Shown: positions 53,566 through 64,000 of the stretch, piece after piece
Numbering within the stretch: position 1 is the first letter of the stretch
Layout of the letters: each line of letters opens with the position of its first letter
NCBI RefSeq assembly: GCF_964204645.1
Contig: NC_134036.1
Coordinates: 6,044,600 to 6,108,599, forward strand
Direction: 5' to 3'
Length of the DNA stretch: 64,000 nt
Source of the DNA: Tubulanus polymorphus
Taxonomy: Eukaryota; Animalia; Nemertea
Notes under the pieces: generated by a model
Seen by the model: only the letters and a program-made list of their open reading frames with translations
What the model was told of the DNA's origin: nothing
Database searches by the model: none
Program-made: the position numbers and the translations under genes

Positions 53566-54553
53566 CAAATCAATTGACTATCAATTCAAACTACGTCATC
53601 ATCGTCGTCATAACATCCACCATCACACACTCATTATCATAATCACTCTCTCCGCCATCTCCACCATCCCAACCTCCACCTATTGAGCGAGTCATCTAGT
53701 CACCCAATCGTCCGGTTAATCAGTCGGCTACGAATATACTTTTTAATCGGATTCTACGCCTGGGTCGAAGAAAACCACTCACAGAAGTGATCTTAATGGA
53801 TGGTGCAGCAAAGCGCGTGAAATTCACAAATTCTCACAAATCCAGCGACGTTTTTTTTTCTTGAGCAGACCATGCGCACCTTTCGAAACTAGTTCATTAA
53901 TGTAAATTTCACTCTCATCCCTAACTAATCTCTTTGCCCCCGCCTCAAATCGAATGTACTTACACCATTAATTTATAAAATTCAGCAAAAAACATATGTT
54001 TTTAGAGTGTAAGGGTGTCGTACAAGCTCGATTATTAAACCGCGAGCTTCAATTATGTATATTATATCAACAAGCAGCTGACTTATTCCTATTCATTTTG
54101 TCTAACCAATAAAGCGCTTGATGTATAACCACCTGCTGCGATAACGTTTCGAGTTCCTGAAATTTGCGCCCGAAAAATAATCATCGTGAATAGAAAAGCA
54201 AACACTCTACTACACGTTGTTCTAAACGTCCCGTTCCTATAGGCGTTCTAACGAATACTTTACAACTAACAGCGGCAGTTGTGGGCAGGACGTACGAATC
54301 CAGTATAGGTAAAGTAAGTATGAATGCAATAGAATAGAAAGGATGCGATACGTATAACATACATCAATACCTAGATTATGAATCTATACAAAACGAGGTT
54401 TCACGGTCGAATCGGTTAATATAATATGCGACAGGGGCCAGTTGCTCAAAGGTTGGTTGAAGCTTTCGAGTTTTATAGCTGAAATATAAATAGAGACAAT
54501 CAAAAGTTCATTATTGTTATGAGAATATTCATAGCCGTGTTAACCAGGTTTAA

Positions 54554-54739
54554 AATAAGTAACGAGACGAGTAGTACTGTATAGGTTAACTATTTATTTG
54601 ACGCACGAGCTTTCGCTTCTAATGAATAGAAGCTTCATCACTCATTCACCTGATGAAACTTCTATTCATTAGAAGCTCGAAAGCTCGTGCGTCAGGTAAA
54701 TAGTTAACCTATACAGTACTACTCGTCTCGTTACTTATT
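54554..54739. repeat. Second copy of the hammerhead-like palindrome
   Basis: Duplicate of 35867-36050 with a 2-nt insertion before GAAA. Confidence 0.7.
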
Positions 54740-54893
54740 ATTATTATGGTATTCTATCCGGCGATTATCTTCGAACATATTTTTAACGTGTAGCCCCTGG
54801 ATTGTTTCATACAAGACGAATTATTTCGTTCATATTCAAGTTCGGTTGATGGGTAATATCGATGTTCTCCGTTTCTAGTTCGATTTCTAGGCG

Positions 54894-55576
54894 ATGAAAA
54901 TGCTTGCTTATCTATTAACTCGCGTATATGCGATCGTCGCGATTGTGGTCAGTGTTGCGTCATTTGCGGAGGCATGGGGTGAGTGGTCACGTCTGACAAT
55001 TGATTACAGAAATTTCCATCGGATTCATCGGAGGAAACAACCTACAAAAATTCAGATAGACGTTTCAAACCCATCGAAATTTAGCGAAAAGTTTCCAAAT
55101 ATTTAATGCAGACATTTTTGCACGGCATTTTACTGAGTAATTTTTCATAGAAATATATCACGATCAATTGATTAGACTTACGTATTCCAAATTATAAAAA
55201 ATAACCTTTCAGATAACCTCTCATTTGTTCCCGAATATTTTCTAAAAAAGGCATTTACTTTTGGGCTATGGTAAAATAAAAAGCCGGCTCTGATTAATGC
55301 GAATTTAGTCGGGGGATTGAAATGGGATAAATGCTTTGCGTGCGGGCGGCTATCAACCCTCAATGCTAACATATCGCTCTCTCGTCTAAACGGATCTACC
55401 TGAACCCGGGCTTAATAATAGAATTTAGTAAAATACTGTTGTTTTTGAATGTAAATTTCATTTCTTTTGGTCATATTTTAGCTTGCGGCTCCATAGGCCA
55501 ATCGTGTAAGGCTTCCATCGAATGCTGCGACCCTAACCCTTGTCAAAACTCGGTATGTACACCGTACGCGGGCTAA
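54894..55576 (+). CDS. Knottin A2: identical 59-aa ICK peptide precursor
   Basis: Exons 54894-54978 and 55482-55576; differs from A1 only by two synonymous changes (CCG/CCT, GTG/GTA). Confidence 0.88.
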
Positions 55577-57666
55577 TCGTAGATGGTAAGCTGTTGTAAT
55601 CGGATCGCGGAGTTTGTCGAAATATCCGATTATGAAACTGAACCGCAGTCACGATACCGACTGACTGTGAAAAAGCTCGAATTGGATCTATATTTTAACT
55701 GCGTAGTAAGATCTAGTCTTATAATCAAATTCAATAAAATGAAAATAAATAAATCAATATGAGAATGTTATAAAGTTATCAATGAAGCGCCATATCAGTC
55801 ATCGATATTGTAGATCCACGTTTTTACTTAAACTCGAAAAGCACGACGTAATAGTCCGATGCAGCTATATGGTCCAAACACATTGCACACGTGACGATGT
55901 TCGGTGTCGTTGCTGCTCTGTATATTTGGGAATACATAAAAAGGTGTTTAAACAAGAGACGAGTGTAAACCAGTAGAGTGTGTTCCACCGTGTCATTAAA
56001 TGTCCCCTTTTCCCCCGAAACATCCGCACTAAATTCTTAAACCATTTTTCAGAACTAGGCAAAGTGCGCTCAAATTTACCCAACTAATGAAAACTAAAGG
56101 GAAACAACTTTCTCAATTCATCAAAACTGCTTCCAAATACCTTTAAGCCATCTTTGTATATGTCGTTGTATAATTGATTCTGTATGTATTTTCTATGTGT
56201 GTGTGTTAAGTGCGTCTGTGTATGTTAATCATTTGTTAATTTTCTGTTTATACGTGAAGCGCATTATTCATTGTTTTTTTCTTCATTTCGATTTTGTTTT
56301 TTCGCTCTAAGCAATTGTATTTTTGTCGAGCAATAAAACATATTCTATTCACCCATAATATAAAATTAAAAAAAAAAAACAATTTTGTTCTGGCGTGTCG
56401 GGAGGATTACGTACTTCCACCCATTTTCAGCGATTTATTGGAAAATGAGATACGAAAAAAATATGGTTATAATCGTATTTTTTTTAAAATTTATATCGTT
56501 AGTGAACCAACTATAATCCAGACCTAAAATACTTTCAACTATCTACGAGTGTAAACCAATTTAAATCATCTTAGATTGTATGGTCTGGTCAGTGAGGTCT
56601 GGTATGTGTGGATATGGCTTTTTGATGCGTTATCTCAACACGTAACAGCCATTAAAAAGGTGCGAGGTACAGTCACGTGTAATAAATAAATTCCAACAAC
56701 AAATATCATTAAATAAAACATTCGAAATTTTTTATGACAACGTTTTGCATAAAACTACAATATACAAACTATCTATAATATATAGCTATATAACTACGGC
56801 GGGGGTTCGGGTTCCTGCTGAGCCAGGTTGGGCGTGTCTACTGAGCTAGAGTTTCGCATAGGATAAATATTTACAATACAGTATTAGCTTAATCTGTAAA
56901 TTCAGGAGTATACCACTGACCAGGGCCTATACTTTGAGGACAAAATAATCACTAGGATGCATCATTCACAGTCCATCGAAGTGTATCGTATACACACTTT
57001 TATCTCACTTCGTATTCTGTATTACAACGATAATGATGATAAATACATTTCCTAAAGAAAAGTGAACGTTGCATGTTTCGATACTGCGGCATAGGAACAA
57101 CAATTACCACGAATTTTTCATTATTAATGAAGAATTAGTCATCTTGCCGGATAGACACATAACAGCTGGACAATTTTTTTCGGTTGGCATCGTGGGTTGT
57201 GGATGTGGGTGCCTGACCTGAATGACAACGATTGAATGTCGTGTCTATAGGAGTGACGGCTATCCGACCTGATAAGTTTTACTTCACGCAATTATCATTG
57301 ACATATTAATTAATGATATATCAAACAATAGATCGACTCGAGATTATTGAACGTGAATAAAACGGTGAAAGTCGAACGGAATACTTATCGCAGTGATATT
57401 TAGTGCTGAGCCTATTACTATAAAACTGAGCGAATTTGGACAATTCACACAAATCATATCGCGCGGGGAGGGTATTTTGACAATGGTAACCCAATATTGC
57501 ATAATTCATAAAAAAAAACGATAGGCTAGCTGTAATGCCTCTTTGGACTCTTGTTTATGCCCTAAAATCAATTATCCCCATCAGAAAATGCTTTCAGAAA
57601 TCAGAAAACAACGTTTTGACTGGCAATATATTCTAATTACCCTGCGCTGGGTAAAACTGGATGAAT

Positions 57667-64000
<6,334 letters not shown>

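Overview
Invertebrate-type eukaryotic genomic DNA (AT-rich, GT-AG introns, many small repeats; probably lophotrochozoan, but the organism cannot be fixed from sequence alone). (1) 1-9 kb: two tandem 6-coding-exon paralogues encoding secreted proteins of 228 and 240 aa (signal peptide, Pro/Gln/Tyr-rich linker, 9-Cys C-terminal region with weak CUB-like features). (2) An array of four very large GRL101/LGR-type class A GPCR genes (signal peptide, several CUB-like domains, 2 C-type-lectin-like domains, about 7 LDLa modules, LRRs, 7TM; ~1900 aa, only 2 introns). R1 (+) and R3 (-) are intact, R2 (-) has a frameshift and a nonsense codon, R4 (-) runs off the window, and there is a 5' stub upstream of R3. 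(3) Between the receptors, not reconstructed by the ORF track because they are spliced and tiny, is a cassette of three paralogous secreted cystine-knot (ICK, C-C-CC-C-C) peptide genes (B-, C-, A+). The cassette is present twice, in an ~18.6-kb-period tandem duplication that also carries the receptor 7TM end. The peptide genes share a 3'UTR stem-loop with compensatory substitutions. The receptors look like mosaics, with ectodomain and 7TM swapped between paralogues. The candidate new system is a co-duplicating knottin-peptide / orphan-receptor cluster. Any functional link between the two is inference.
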